Shown one piece after another: positions 29,181-37,779 of a stretch of DNA of 64,000 nt (positions within the stretch are counted from its first letter, which is position 1; every line of letters begins with the position of its first letter). The position numbers and the translations under genes are program-made. The notes below the pieces were generated by a model. The model saw only the letters and a program-made list of their open reading frames with translations, was not told the origin of the DNA and did no database searches. Location: IMG/VR virus record IMGVR_UViG_3300029288_007102, positions 119,209 to 183,208 of that record; one strand, 5' to 3'. The stretch comes from a virus (taxonomy: Duplodnaviria > Caudoviricetes).

Positions 29181-30269
29181 ATGGCCAAAATAGATTTGGT
29201 TGAGATGCATAAGAGAAGAGATCTTCGTTTAGTTACCCGCAAGAAACACCCTACATTAGATTTATATATCTGGAACTATACACCTGAATGTCAATATAGC
29301 CGGGCTTGGGATGAGTACACCAAGATGGCTAGAGGATTGATTACTGATGGTGAAGGGAATATTGTTGCCAGACCTTTCAGTAAATTTTTCAATTTAAATG
29401 AAGCAGAAGAAACGAAGATAGAAAACTTACCATTAGAGATCCCGGAGATAACGGAGAAGGTTGACGGGAGCCTTGCCATACAATATTATGATGGTGGAGA
29501 TAGGGTTTGTATTGCTACCCGGGGAAGTTTTGAGTCTGAACAGGCAATCTTTGCTACAGACTGGCTTTACCGAAAAGGGTATGTTAAAAATGCTTTTAAA
29601 GAAGAATATACTTATTTATGGGAAATAATATATCCACAGAATCGTATAGTTGTTTCTTATGGTGATTTTTCCGGCTTGATCTTACTTGCTGTTGTTGAAA
29701 TTGAAACTGGCAAGGAGATAGATCATGTGCAAGAGGCACAAATATTAGGGGTGAGATCTTCGCAAAGAATAAATAAAACAGTTGATGAGTTAGTGAGTAT
29801 TTGCAAAGACACTTCTATAAAAGGTACAGAGATGGAGGGCTTTGTTCTTAAATATAGTAATGGCCTGAGGGTTAAGACAAAGACGGAAGAGTATATGAGA
29901 CTTCATCGGATGATCACCCATTTTTCTTCTAAGGTTATTTGGGAGATCCTGGCTAAAGGGGAGACCATTGCGGTTTATTTGGAGCAGGTACCGGATGAAT
30001 TTTTCCAATGGGCAAAGGAGAAGGAGAGAGAACTTAAAGATAATTATGCGGGAGTTTATGCTACTATTATATTAGGTTATAATGATGTAAAGGATCTTCC
30101 TACCCGGAAAGACCAAGCCTTAAGGATAATGAAGGATTATAAGGCGGTCTCTGGTGGAATATTCAGTTTGTTGGATGATAAGCAGAGTAACTTGAATGAT
30201 TATATCTGGAAGATGATTAAGCCGGAATATGAGTTGCCGTTTAAGGATGTTAACCGGGAGGCAGAGTGA
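29181..30269 (+). CDS. RNA ligase 1 (T4 Rnl1/RnlA-like)
   Basis: ARGLI, ARPFSKFFN, EKVDGSL, ATRGSF, EIIYPQNRIVV, EGFV, KTKTEEY. Confidence 0.9.
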   Translation: MAKIDLVEMHKRRDLRLVTRKKHPTLDLYIWNYTPECQYSRAWDEYTKMARGLITDGEGNIVARPFSKFFNLNEAEETKIENLPLEIPEITEKVDGSLAIQYYDGGDRVCIATRGSFESEQAIFATDWLYRKGYVKNAFKEEYTYLWEIIYPQNRIVVSYGDFSGLILLAVVEIETGKEIDHVQEAQILGVRSSQRINKTVDELVSICKDTSIKGTEMEGFVLKYSNGLRVKTKTEEYMRLHRMITHFSSKVIWEILAKGETIAVYLEQVPDEFFQWAKEKERELKDNYAGVYATIILGYNDVKDLPTRKDQALRIMKDYKAVSGGIFSLLDDKQSNLNDYIWKMIKPEYELPFKDVNREAE

Positions 30270-30673
30270 AGCGGAAGAAGAATTACTTTAAGCCTCTAAA
30301 AGGTTTGTCGGATGGGGTAACTGTATTCTTGGCCAGGCTAGATGAAGAAATGAAATCCCCGTCGTCAGAGAATAGGGGAAGGGTGATAGCAAAACTTTGC
30401 AATGATCTTGACATGCTTAACGATACGATAAGGTATGGCTATCTTGGTGTGGATTACAGGAAAGATAAAAAATGATAGAGAGATATTTAAACTTATAGTC
30501 AGGGGGGGGTGGTTCCTTTGGGAGAAAAATCGAGAGAAGTGAGAAGAAATAACGACGGTTCCCGTACAGAGAAAGTAAAGTATGATGATGGTAGTGGGCA
30601 TGATAAGACTACCAGGAATGGCGATTTTGTGTCATACAAAAAATATAAAGGGAAATAAATGTTGGTTATTTTT

Positions 30674-30806
30674 GATAGGTGTGGTGGTCTGGCGAAACCA
30701 TCGTTAACACTAGTGCGAGTTGAGAGCCTCGCCCGTAAACATTAAAATGTGTGTCTGCTACTAGCGGCTGAAGGACACAAAGTAGGTTCGAATCCTATGC
30801 CTATCA
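30674..30806 (+). ncRNA. tRNA-like RNA with ~80-nt structured insert replacing the anticodon arm
   Basis: Acceptor GATAGGT/GCCTATC+A, D-like arm, canonical T arm GTAGG-TTCGAAT-CCTAT. Confidence 0.65.
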
Positions 30807-30818
30807 AAAATATTATAA

Positions 30819-30889
30819 CTGGGTGAGGTGTTGCGGTAGCATTTGCGGCCTGGGACCGTAAGGGGAAAGTTCGACTCTTTCCATCCAGA
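30819..30889 (+). tRNA. tRNA-Pro(TGG), atypical A8/C33, no encoded CCA
   Basis: CTGGGTG/CATCCAG acceptor, TGCGG-CCTGGGA-CCGTA, GAAAG-TTCGACT-CTTTC, A73. Confidence 0.8.
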
Positions 30890-30894
30890 AAGTT

Positions 30895-30983
30895 TAGATT
30901 GGCTGGCTATAAGACGGAGAATCTCACGCAGTAAGATATCTACTTGTAAATAGCTTTCCAAGAGAGGGTATCCAGCTAGTCTA
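30895..30983 (+). ncRNA. putative small structured RNA
   Basis: 12-bp closing helix TAGATTGGCTGG/CCAGCTAGTCTA (G-U pairs on + strand) enclosing small hairpins. Confidence 0.45.
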
Positions 30984-30998
30984 TTAAAGGATGTTTCT

Positions 30999-31163
30999 AT
31001 GAACTGTGAAGGTTGTGGAGTATTGTTTGGCGATCTTGGTGAGGGGTATTCTTGTGACACTTTCTATGAGGACGGTAAGGTTGTGGAGAGTATAACTTGT
31101 GATATTTGTGGGTTCACAAAAACACATGAAGTCTTATCCCCGGCCTGTAGTGTAAATACCTAG
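30999..31163 (+). CDS. small zinc-ribbon protein (not in ORF track)
   Basis: MNCEGC...TCDICGF, 54 aa. Confidence 0.45.
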   Translation: MNCEGCGVLFGDLGEGYSCDTFYEDGKVVESITCDICGFTKTHEVLSPACSVNT

Positions 31164-31213
31164 GCTAGCACGGCCACAGGCAAGAGCAGGCTGTAATGTC
31201 TGCCAGGCTGGGG
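31138..31213 (+). ncRNA. tRNA-like RNA with vestigial anticodon arm
   Basis: CCCCGGCCTG/CAGGCTGGGG stem, TA, GTGT..GG..GCAC D-like arm, GCC-ACA-GGC, GCAGGC-TGTAAT-GTCTGC. Confidence 0.5.
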
Positions 31214-31233
31214 TTAAAATAAGGAGATAGATA

Positions 31234-32253
31234 GTGATTGAAAGAGAAATGGCGGAAGCCAATAAAATATTAGTAATCAGAACCGGGTCGCATATGTATG
31301 GGACTAATCTCCCGAATTCTGATGAGGATAAGATGGGGGTGTTTATAGCTGACGAAGATTACTATCTTGGGTTGAAGACGGTAGAAGAAGTGGATTTTTC
31401 TGTACAGGAGAAGGATGAAAGAGGAAAGAATACAAAGGATGCTCTGGATTATAAGCTTTACGAGTTTAAGAAGTATATAAAGCTTGCTTGTGATTGTAAT
31501 CCGAACATCATAGAAATGTTGTATGTCAATGAACCAAACATTCTTTTTATCAATGATTTTGGGAAGACGTTATTGGAGCATCGGGAATTGTTTCCTAACC
31601 AGAGAGCTTACTATAAGTTTATTGGGTATGCCCACTCTCAGAAGCATAAGATGATTATAAAGGGGGATCATTACAGCCAAATTATGGCAGCCCATGCCTA
31701 TTTGAAGGAGCTGCCAAACCGGGCCATAATGAAAGACTTTGAGAAGAAAGAGCTTCCGTTTTTGGTCTACAACAAGAATGCTTTTATTGAAGTGGGGGAT
31801 ATGAGGATCCCTACAAATACCACTGCCAAGAAGGCGACGGCTTTGCTGAAGGGGAGAATTGACCGCTTTGGTAATAGGACTGAGCTGATTAGTAAGTACG
31901 GTTATGATCTCAAGTTTGGTTCGCATTTGGTTAGGTTATTGGTTGAGGGGATAGAGTTGTTGAAGACTGGGGAGTTGCAGTATCCTATAAAAGAAAGGCA
32001 GCTGATCCTGGATGTCCGGCAAGGCAGATATACTCTCAAACAGGTATTTGATATGTATGATGAGTTGAGTAAGGAGATAGACTCAGTGTTTGCCAATACT
32101 AAGCTGCCGCATCACCCGGATATAAATAAGATAAATGATTTTTTGAAAAATATTGTTAAAAAGAAATGTGGTTTCCCAGTTAAAAGTTTCAGTAAAAATT
32201 GTGTAAGATGGATAGAAGGGGTATTAAATTTGCTAAAAGGGGGAAGATTGTAA
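31234..32253 (+). CDS. RlaP/NrdC.11-like Pol-beta nucleotidyltransferase
   Basis: TGSHMYGTNLPNSDEDKMGVF, NPNIIEML, GYDLKFGSHLVRLL. Confidence 0.85.
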   Translation: MIEREMAEANKILVIRTGSHMYGTNLPNSDEDKMGVFIADEDYYLGLKTVEEVDFSVQEKDERGKNTKDALDYKLYEFKKYIKLACDCNPNIIEMLYVNEPNILFINDFGKTLLEHRELFPNQRAYYKFIGYAHSQKHKMIIKGDHYSQIMAAHAYLKELPNRAIMKDFEKKELPFLVYNKNAFIEVGDMRIPTNTTAKKATALLKGRIDRFGNRTELISKYGYDLKFGSHLVRLLVEGIELLKTGELQYPIKERQLILDVRQGRYTLKQVFDMYDELSKEIDSVFANTKLPHHPDINKINDFLKNIVKKKCGFPVKSFSKNCVRWIEGVLNLLKGGRL

Positions 32254-32807
32254 TGCCATCATCAGAGCAGGTATCAGAAGGAAGAAAAGAGAAAATTGTT
32301 TTTGTCCGGGGGTTGCTTAAAGAAACTCCGAAGCTGAGGGCGACAGATATTTATGTCGCAGTTAAGACGAAATTTGGTAGTGGTATTGATGGAATAATGG
32401 TAAGAAAATTAAAACAGGAAGTGGATCCTAGTTATGTGGGGAAGAGGAGAAGGACGACAGGGAGAGTCTTCCCTGACGCTTTGGATGGGACAGGAAGATT
32501 GCCTGGAGAGATCGACCTTAAGAGGAGAGTTGATGTAAACACTATGTATTTTTCTTTTAGGAAGGTTGGGGCAACAGACAGCCAAGCTCGGGCTGCTGTA
32601 TTAGATGCTACTGGAATAAGGCCGCTGGTCTTTGAATTTAAGAAGGAGCAGCTAGAGCAAGCCCAAGAGGATTTATCTAAATACAGACTTGCCTGTTTTA
32701 ATCTTAACAAGAAGGGTGAGATCGTTCGGGTGAATCCGGTGAGGGTAACGGTCCAAGAGAAAAGGGGGCGGAAGAAGGAGAGTGAAAGGGCACCCCAGCA
32801 GAATTAA
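32253..32807 (+). CDS. hypothetical basic protein
   Basis: ATG overlapping the upstream TAA. Confidence 0.55.
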   Translation: MPSSEQVSEGRKEKIVFVRGLLKETPKLRATDIYVAVKTKFGSGIDGIMVRKLKQEVDPSYVGKRRRTTGRVFPDALDGTGRLPGEIDLKRRVDVNTMYFSFRKVGATDSQARAAVLDATGIRPLVFEFKKEQLEQAQEDLSKYRLACFNLNKKGEIVRVNPVRVTVQEKRGRKKESERAPQQN

Positions 32808-33910
32808 TTAAAAGTATCTTAGTAAAAGGAGAAGTGATGAGTGAAAGAGATTTTCGTTCTTTAGGGGAAGGCGATTTGCTTAAATGCATAAGGTTTATCC
32901 CAACGGGGAAAGATAAGGGGTATATCTTTTTAGATATAGAAGATAATATTGTTAAAATTTCTGAAACTGTTATTACGGCTTCTGTGCGAGTAGGGGATAC
33001 CTTTGCGGTGTTGTCGATCAAAGAAGATGGTATGCCTTTATTTAAAAAGCTTTTTTCTGGGCAGACAGATAGGATAAAAAAGGTTTACCCAAAAAAAGAG
33101 TTGGCTATTACTTTGTATGCCTTTGCGGAGAATGAGGTTAACACGGCGGCCTATAAGCGTATGGATACAATAGACGAGGCGGTAGAGTTCTTTAAACAAC
33201 TTTTGAATAAGCCGGAAATAACCATTATTAATGTTAGGAAGTTAAAACTAAAGGTTGGCGAAGAGAAGGGGATCTGATGCCAGAAGATGATGTTTTAGAG
33301 CGAGTAGCAAAGGTGTTGGCTAGGAAGAAATTACTTGAGGAGTATTCTAAGGCAATATTGTGTGTTAGAGAGACTTTTACCGAATTAGGTAAAATTTCAA
33401 TGTCTGGTCAAGATTATATTAAAAGCTTTTCTAGCCTATTGGTGGTGTTAGGGCAGACGGCTGATCGGATGATTTATTTTTTAGGCAAACCTTTAGAGGA
33501 AGTACCGCTTATACAGTTTGATGGAGAATTGAAACGAATGGTGGATTTGAATGGGATTTTGGATGCGGCAAAGAAAAAGTTGAAATAATGAGGGGGGGGT
33601 ATATGGAGGGGGAGAATGTAGACCAAAGGGGTTCTGTTCAAAAATATTTAGGGATAGATGATATACGGGCCAAGATAATACAAGATTTTATTATAAAAGT
33701 ATTTGGCGAGAATCTCTCTTTGGTTGAGATTTTTAAGAAGATAGAAGACAATAGTGAATTTGTAGACAAAGAGAAAAATTATGCATATTTCGCTAGCGGA
33801 TCTTTTGTGACTTATAAGAGTTTAGTGCAAATGTTTAATGAGATGGCGTCAATGATGAAGATTGTTAACGAAGATTCTAATAGGCCATTAAATTAAAGTA
33901 GGTGGTTTAG

Positions 33911-34249
33911 GTGGCAAAGAGAAGTAGAGAATTTATTCTTCCTGATATAGTTTGGGATAAATTGGATGAGACTAAGTCTGTTTTCTATTTTGAACCAGAT
34001 GAATTGTATGAAAAGAAAAAACTTGCATCTCGCAGAATAAAAGAGTTGTTGGAGACTGATTTTTTTACAGGTCGGCAGAAAGATATTGTTCATTTAATGG
34101 TATATGAAGGGAAGAGCCAGCGGGATATTGGGGGGATTTTGGGGGTGCCAAGAACTACAATAGAAAGGCAGATTTCGGCAATTATCCGTAAGCTTAAAAA
34201 ATATTTTGACAAAATAAATCTTTTTGATCAGGAGATATTAGAGAAATAA
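33911..34249 (+). CDS. sigma70 region-4-like HTH protein
   Basis: FTGRQKDIVHL..EGKSQRDIGGILGVPRTTIERQI. Confidence 0.75.
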   Translation: MAKRSREFILPDIVWDKLDETKSVFYFEPDELYEKKKLASRRIKELLETDFFTGRQKDIVHLMVYEGKSQRDIGGILGVPRTTIERQISAIIRKLKKYFDKINLFDQEILEK

Positions 34250-34261
34250 TTCGGAGGGGAT

Positions 34262-34504
34262 ATGGGGATAAGGGCTTGTGTTGAGTGTGATTATGTTAGC
34301 GATAACGATTTGTTGCCTAGTGATGGGAGATGTAACGAGTGTCATGGGACGGGTTGTGAGCAGGATGTTGTTGATGCTTTAGCGGAATCGTTCAGTGGTC
34401 AAAGCCAGGACTGTAAGAGATGTGGCGGCACTGGAGAATGCCCGGCATGTGAAGGAAGGGGTTTTATCGATACAGGAATTCTTGATGCAGAAGAGGGAGA
34501 GTAA
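34262..34504 (+). CDS. DnaJ-type Cys-rich zinc-finger protein
   Basis: CNECHGTG, CKRCGGTG, CPACEGRG repeats. Confidence 0.7.
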   Translation: MGIRACVECDYVSDNDLLPSDGRCNECHGTGCEQDVVDALAESFSGQSQDCKRCGGTGECPACEGRGFIDTGILDAEEGE

Positions 34505-34702
34505 AGAATTAAAAATAAGGAGGGAGATGAATAGGTGTGGAAAAAGATTGTTAGGGTGGTTTGCGGTTGGTTAGGGCATAGTGATTGGAAATTTATTGAA
34601 TTTGTTTATAGTGATAAGAAGATTAGAGGGTGGTTTGTTATTGTAGGAGAGAAACAGCGTTGTAGTGGATGTGGAACAGAGAGAATTAAGAAAACATAAT
34701 TG

Positions 34703-35151
34703 GGGCAGGTCAGGTAAAGGGAGATAGGGTTTAATAATTTGTCTTCATATTTTTACGGTACGGTCTGGTAAGGATAGGTGTGGAGAGGTCTGGTGGGGTA
34801 AGGTAGGGTTTTAATTTGACATTATTTCTTTTTACGGTAAGGAGTGGTGTGGCCGGGTACGGTGGGGCAAGGTAAGGTAGGGTGAGGTTTCAATTTGAAT
34901 TTATATTTTTAGGGTACGGTCCGGAGCGGTTGGGCAAGGCCGGGTGCGGTAAGGTCTGGTGTGGCAGGGTTCGGAACGGTACGGCATGGTGAGGTACGGT
35001 ATGGTTGGGTTTGGTCAGGTGCGGTAGGGTTTTAATTCTTATGGTTTTATAAACTGGTGTGGTGAGGTGTGGTTAGGTTGGGTCGGATTATGTATGGTAG
35101 GGTCAGGTACGGCAAGGTGCGGTAAGGACAGGTTTGGTAGGGTAGGGGTTT
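34703..35151 (+). repeat. array of five phased GG(T/C/A)-NN pentamer tracts (candidate guide RNAs)
   Basis: Tracts 34703-732, 34757-811, 34836-890, 34913-35032, 35056-151; each ends in GGTTT followed by an AT-rich linker. Confidence 0.9.
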
Positions 35152-35179
35152 TAAAATAAAATTGTGAGGAGGCAAGAAA

Positions 35180-35707
35180 GTGGAAAAGGTAAAAGTTATG
35201 ATTAAGGGGACAGCACCATTATTGCAACACAGGTATCCGATGGAAGAGCACCCCGAGGAAAAAAGCAAGAAGGTTAAAAAGATTTATCCGGCTCAAGATG
35301 AATGTGAGAAAAGTCTTTATATGGATGATAAACTGAAGATCTATCAACCAGCGGAACACATCTATAGTTGTATTATAATGGCCGGGAAAAACTTTTTATA
35401 CGATAAACGGAAAATGTATGCCTCGGTATTAAAAGGGATGATCCTGGTAACCCCTTCGGCCATTTACCATAAGGATCAGAACTGGGTTATAGATCGTAGG
35501 CCAGTGGTAATAAATAGGGCTAGGATCGTAAGAGCAAGGCCTAGGTTTGACAACTGGGAATTGGAGTTTGAAATTGAATATGATGAGGAAGTAATCAGTG
35601 AGTTCAAATTGAAAGAGATCGTAGACTTTGCCGGGAACAGAGTCGGCCTGGGGGACTTCCGCCCACTGTTTGGTCGGTTTATTGTTACTGAATTCAAGAA
35701 GGCGTAG
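35180..35707 (+). CDS. stand-alone RAMP/Cas7-like RRM protein
   Basis: IKGTAPLLQH (first strand), IYQPAEHI, RARPRF..WELEFEIEY, C-terminal Gly loop GLGDFRPLFGRF; GAGGAGG RBS. Confidence 0.7.
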   Translation: MEKVKVMIKGTAPLLQHRYPMEEHPEEKSKKVKKIYPAQDECEKSLYMDDKLKIYQPAEHIYSCIIMAGKNFLYDKRKMYASVLKGMILVTPSAIYHKDQNWVIDRRPVVINRARIVRARPRFDNWELEFEIEYDEEVISEFKLKEIVDFAGNRVGLGDFRPLFGRFIVTEFKKA

Positions 35708-35712
35708 CATTA

Positions 35713-36234
35713 ATGGACAAGTTCCGTGCGGATTTAATTAAATTTATAGATCACTCTAATATGATAGAGGGGGTAGAGGACAAAGATGAGATCCCCAACT
35801 CTATTGCCGCTTGGGTACACCTAAGTGGTAAATCCCAGTTGAGTAAGGCTGCGATATTATATGCCCATTATTGCATTCTCCAGGACCTTAACCCTAGGAT
35901 TGCCGGGAAGATTCGTACTTGTGATGTTGTTGTTGGTGGAAGAGTATGCCCTAAATATCATAAAGTTAAAGGGATGTTGTACCGCTGGATTAGGAAGTAT
36001 GAGGATGGAGTGAAGACTGAGGAAGAGGCTGTCAAGGCTCATGTAGCATTTGAGAAGATTCATCCCTTCCAAGATGGTAATGGGCGGGTAGGTAGATTGT
36101 TGTGGTTGTGGATGAGAGAAAAGGCAGGATTGCCGTTTAAATATATTGATGTTGCACAGAGGTATGAATATTATGATTGGTTCAAAGAGAGGGGGACTGT
36201 AAGTGAGGAAGATGTATATAGATGGTCCAGCTGA
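35713..36234 (+). CDS. Fic domain protein
   Basis: IHPFQDGNGRVGR canonical Fic motif; HSNMIEG. Confidence 0.92.
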   Translation: MDKFRADLIKFIDHSNMIEGVEDKDEIPNSIAAWVHLSGKSQLSKAAILYAHYCILQDLNPRIAGKIRTCDVVVGGRVCPKYHKVKGMLYRWIRKYEDGVKTEEEAVKAHVAFEKIHPFQDGNGRVGRLLWLWMREKAGLPFKYIDVAQRYEYYDWFKERGTVSEEDVYRWSS

Positions 36235-36869
36235 TCAAGGTGAAGGGGTATATTCTTTAGTTTTGGATGATGGGGAATTGTTGGCCACCCATTTTTGTAG
36301 CAGCTCGGGGTTTGCCAAAGGGGATTTAGAGGCAGAGAGGCCTGAGAGGCAAGATGAATGGAAGAAGAGATTTGGGGAATACGAGGTTCTTTTTATTGGC
36401 GAAGACGATATGACTAGAGATAAACTGATAGAATTGAATAAAAATATTGTGGCGAACCTTGCTTCTAAAGGGGTTAAGGATGAAGACGGCAGCCGAGATT
36501 CGGGAAAAATATAATAAACTTATAGAGAGAGATCTTGCCAGGTTGCAGAAGAGGTGTAAACATCCTACTAAAATTTGGTGTGATCAACAGTGGGCTCCAG
36601 CACATAGTACTGGCAGGGATGTTTTGGTTTGTGATTGTTGTGGTAAGATTTTGGAAGAACGCCAGGGGGGGTCTAGATAATGCCTGATATTACTGTAGTA
36701 GGGGTAAAGAGAACAAATGGTAAAGAGGAAGAGGTTCAAATTGCTATATATTTGCGGCCAGGAACAACGAATATGACATTTGTTGTTGAGGGGTCTGAAT
36801 ACATCTTCCCCACTTGTGCGATTGTCGGTTTGATGGCGGGATATAAGAATGGGTAAATAAGGAGGGCTA

Positions 36870-37121
36870 GTGGCGATCATTAAGATTAAGGCTCCTATAT
36901 GGAAAACCCCCCGCAGTGTGGGTGTTGCAGAGTTTAGGATGACGGAGCCAATAGTTAGGATTCAGATAGAATATAAAGAGAAGAGTGGGGAGAAGCTTTA
37001 CCCTGGAATATATTCGATTAGCCGGGAAACGGCTATGACTTATCCAGTGCAGGTGCTGCCTCAAGGAATACGATTAAGGATTATCCCTATAGAGGATTTA
37101 GTGATGGTGAGGATAGATTAA
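36870..37121 (+). CDS. hypothetical phage protein
   Basis: GGAGG RBS, 83 aa. Confidence 0.6.
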   Translation: MAIIKIKAPIWKTPRSVGVAEFRMTEPIVRIQIEYKEKSGEKLYPGIYSISRETAMTYPVQVLPQGIRLRIIPIEDLVMVRID

Positions 37122-37779
37122 TGATAACTTGTTTAGGGAAGAAGTATGTTGAACGGCATCCAAAGAAAAAGTCTTGGAGTTATCATTTTACTTATATAGA
37201 GAGTGTTAATAAACCTAATGGGTCTTCTTTAACTAAAGAGTGTCATTATCATAGTAAGTCTTTCCTTGACTATCGGGAATGTTTGCGGGTGGCAACGATA
37301 CATTATGTTGATATAAAGCAGATTATGGCACGCCAAAGGAAGGAAAAGTAGATGATAGATTTGATCTATTGTGGATATGAACACTATGATGAATGTAAAA
37401 AGGAATTGCAGGTTGGTTTCCCTGATTGTGCAATTGAAGATACTTCTGATGATATTCATGAAGGAAGATTTCAGATAGAAGTTCCTGATGAGAGAAGGAA
37501 AGAGTTACTGATGTTTTTGTTGGAGAATGGATATTATAATATTTCGCTGAAGCTTCAATTGATGTCTTATGAGGAGAAGGGGGTTAAAGAATTGGAAGGG
37601 TTGATGGAAGAGTTGGCGACGAAGAAGAAGGGGATAAATGAAGTGTAAATTTGAGGAGAAAAGGAATGATGTTGAGGATTGGTGTTCTATTCATCATCAG
37701 TTCTTGGCGGGCACTACTTGTGTTGGTTGTCCGGATTATATAGAAGAAGAAGTTGTAAAAAAAATAGTGGGGAGGAAAA

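Noticed and set aside
30700-30780. Twister or HDV-like ribozyme inside the tRNA-like RNA
   Set aside because: TAACAC resembles twister but the two pseudoknot pairings are missing; no room for HDV P3/L3
34816-34845. TTGACA in an array linker as a promoter
   Set aside because: No plausible -10 hexamer at 16-18 nt
34703-35151. Reading the array as a CRISPR array, simple microsatellite or only a G-quadruplex
   Set aside because: No 23-50 nt direct repeats; NN positions are non-repetitive, unlike slippage products; G4 potential exists but does not explain the shared tract ends, uniform linkers or adjacent RAMP-like gene
35047-35268. Minus-strand ORF with PYQTCPYRTLPYLTLPY repeats
   Set aside because: Translation artefact of the pentamer array, antisense to a region where all genes are on the + strand
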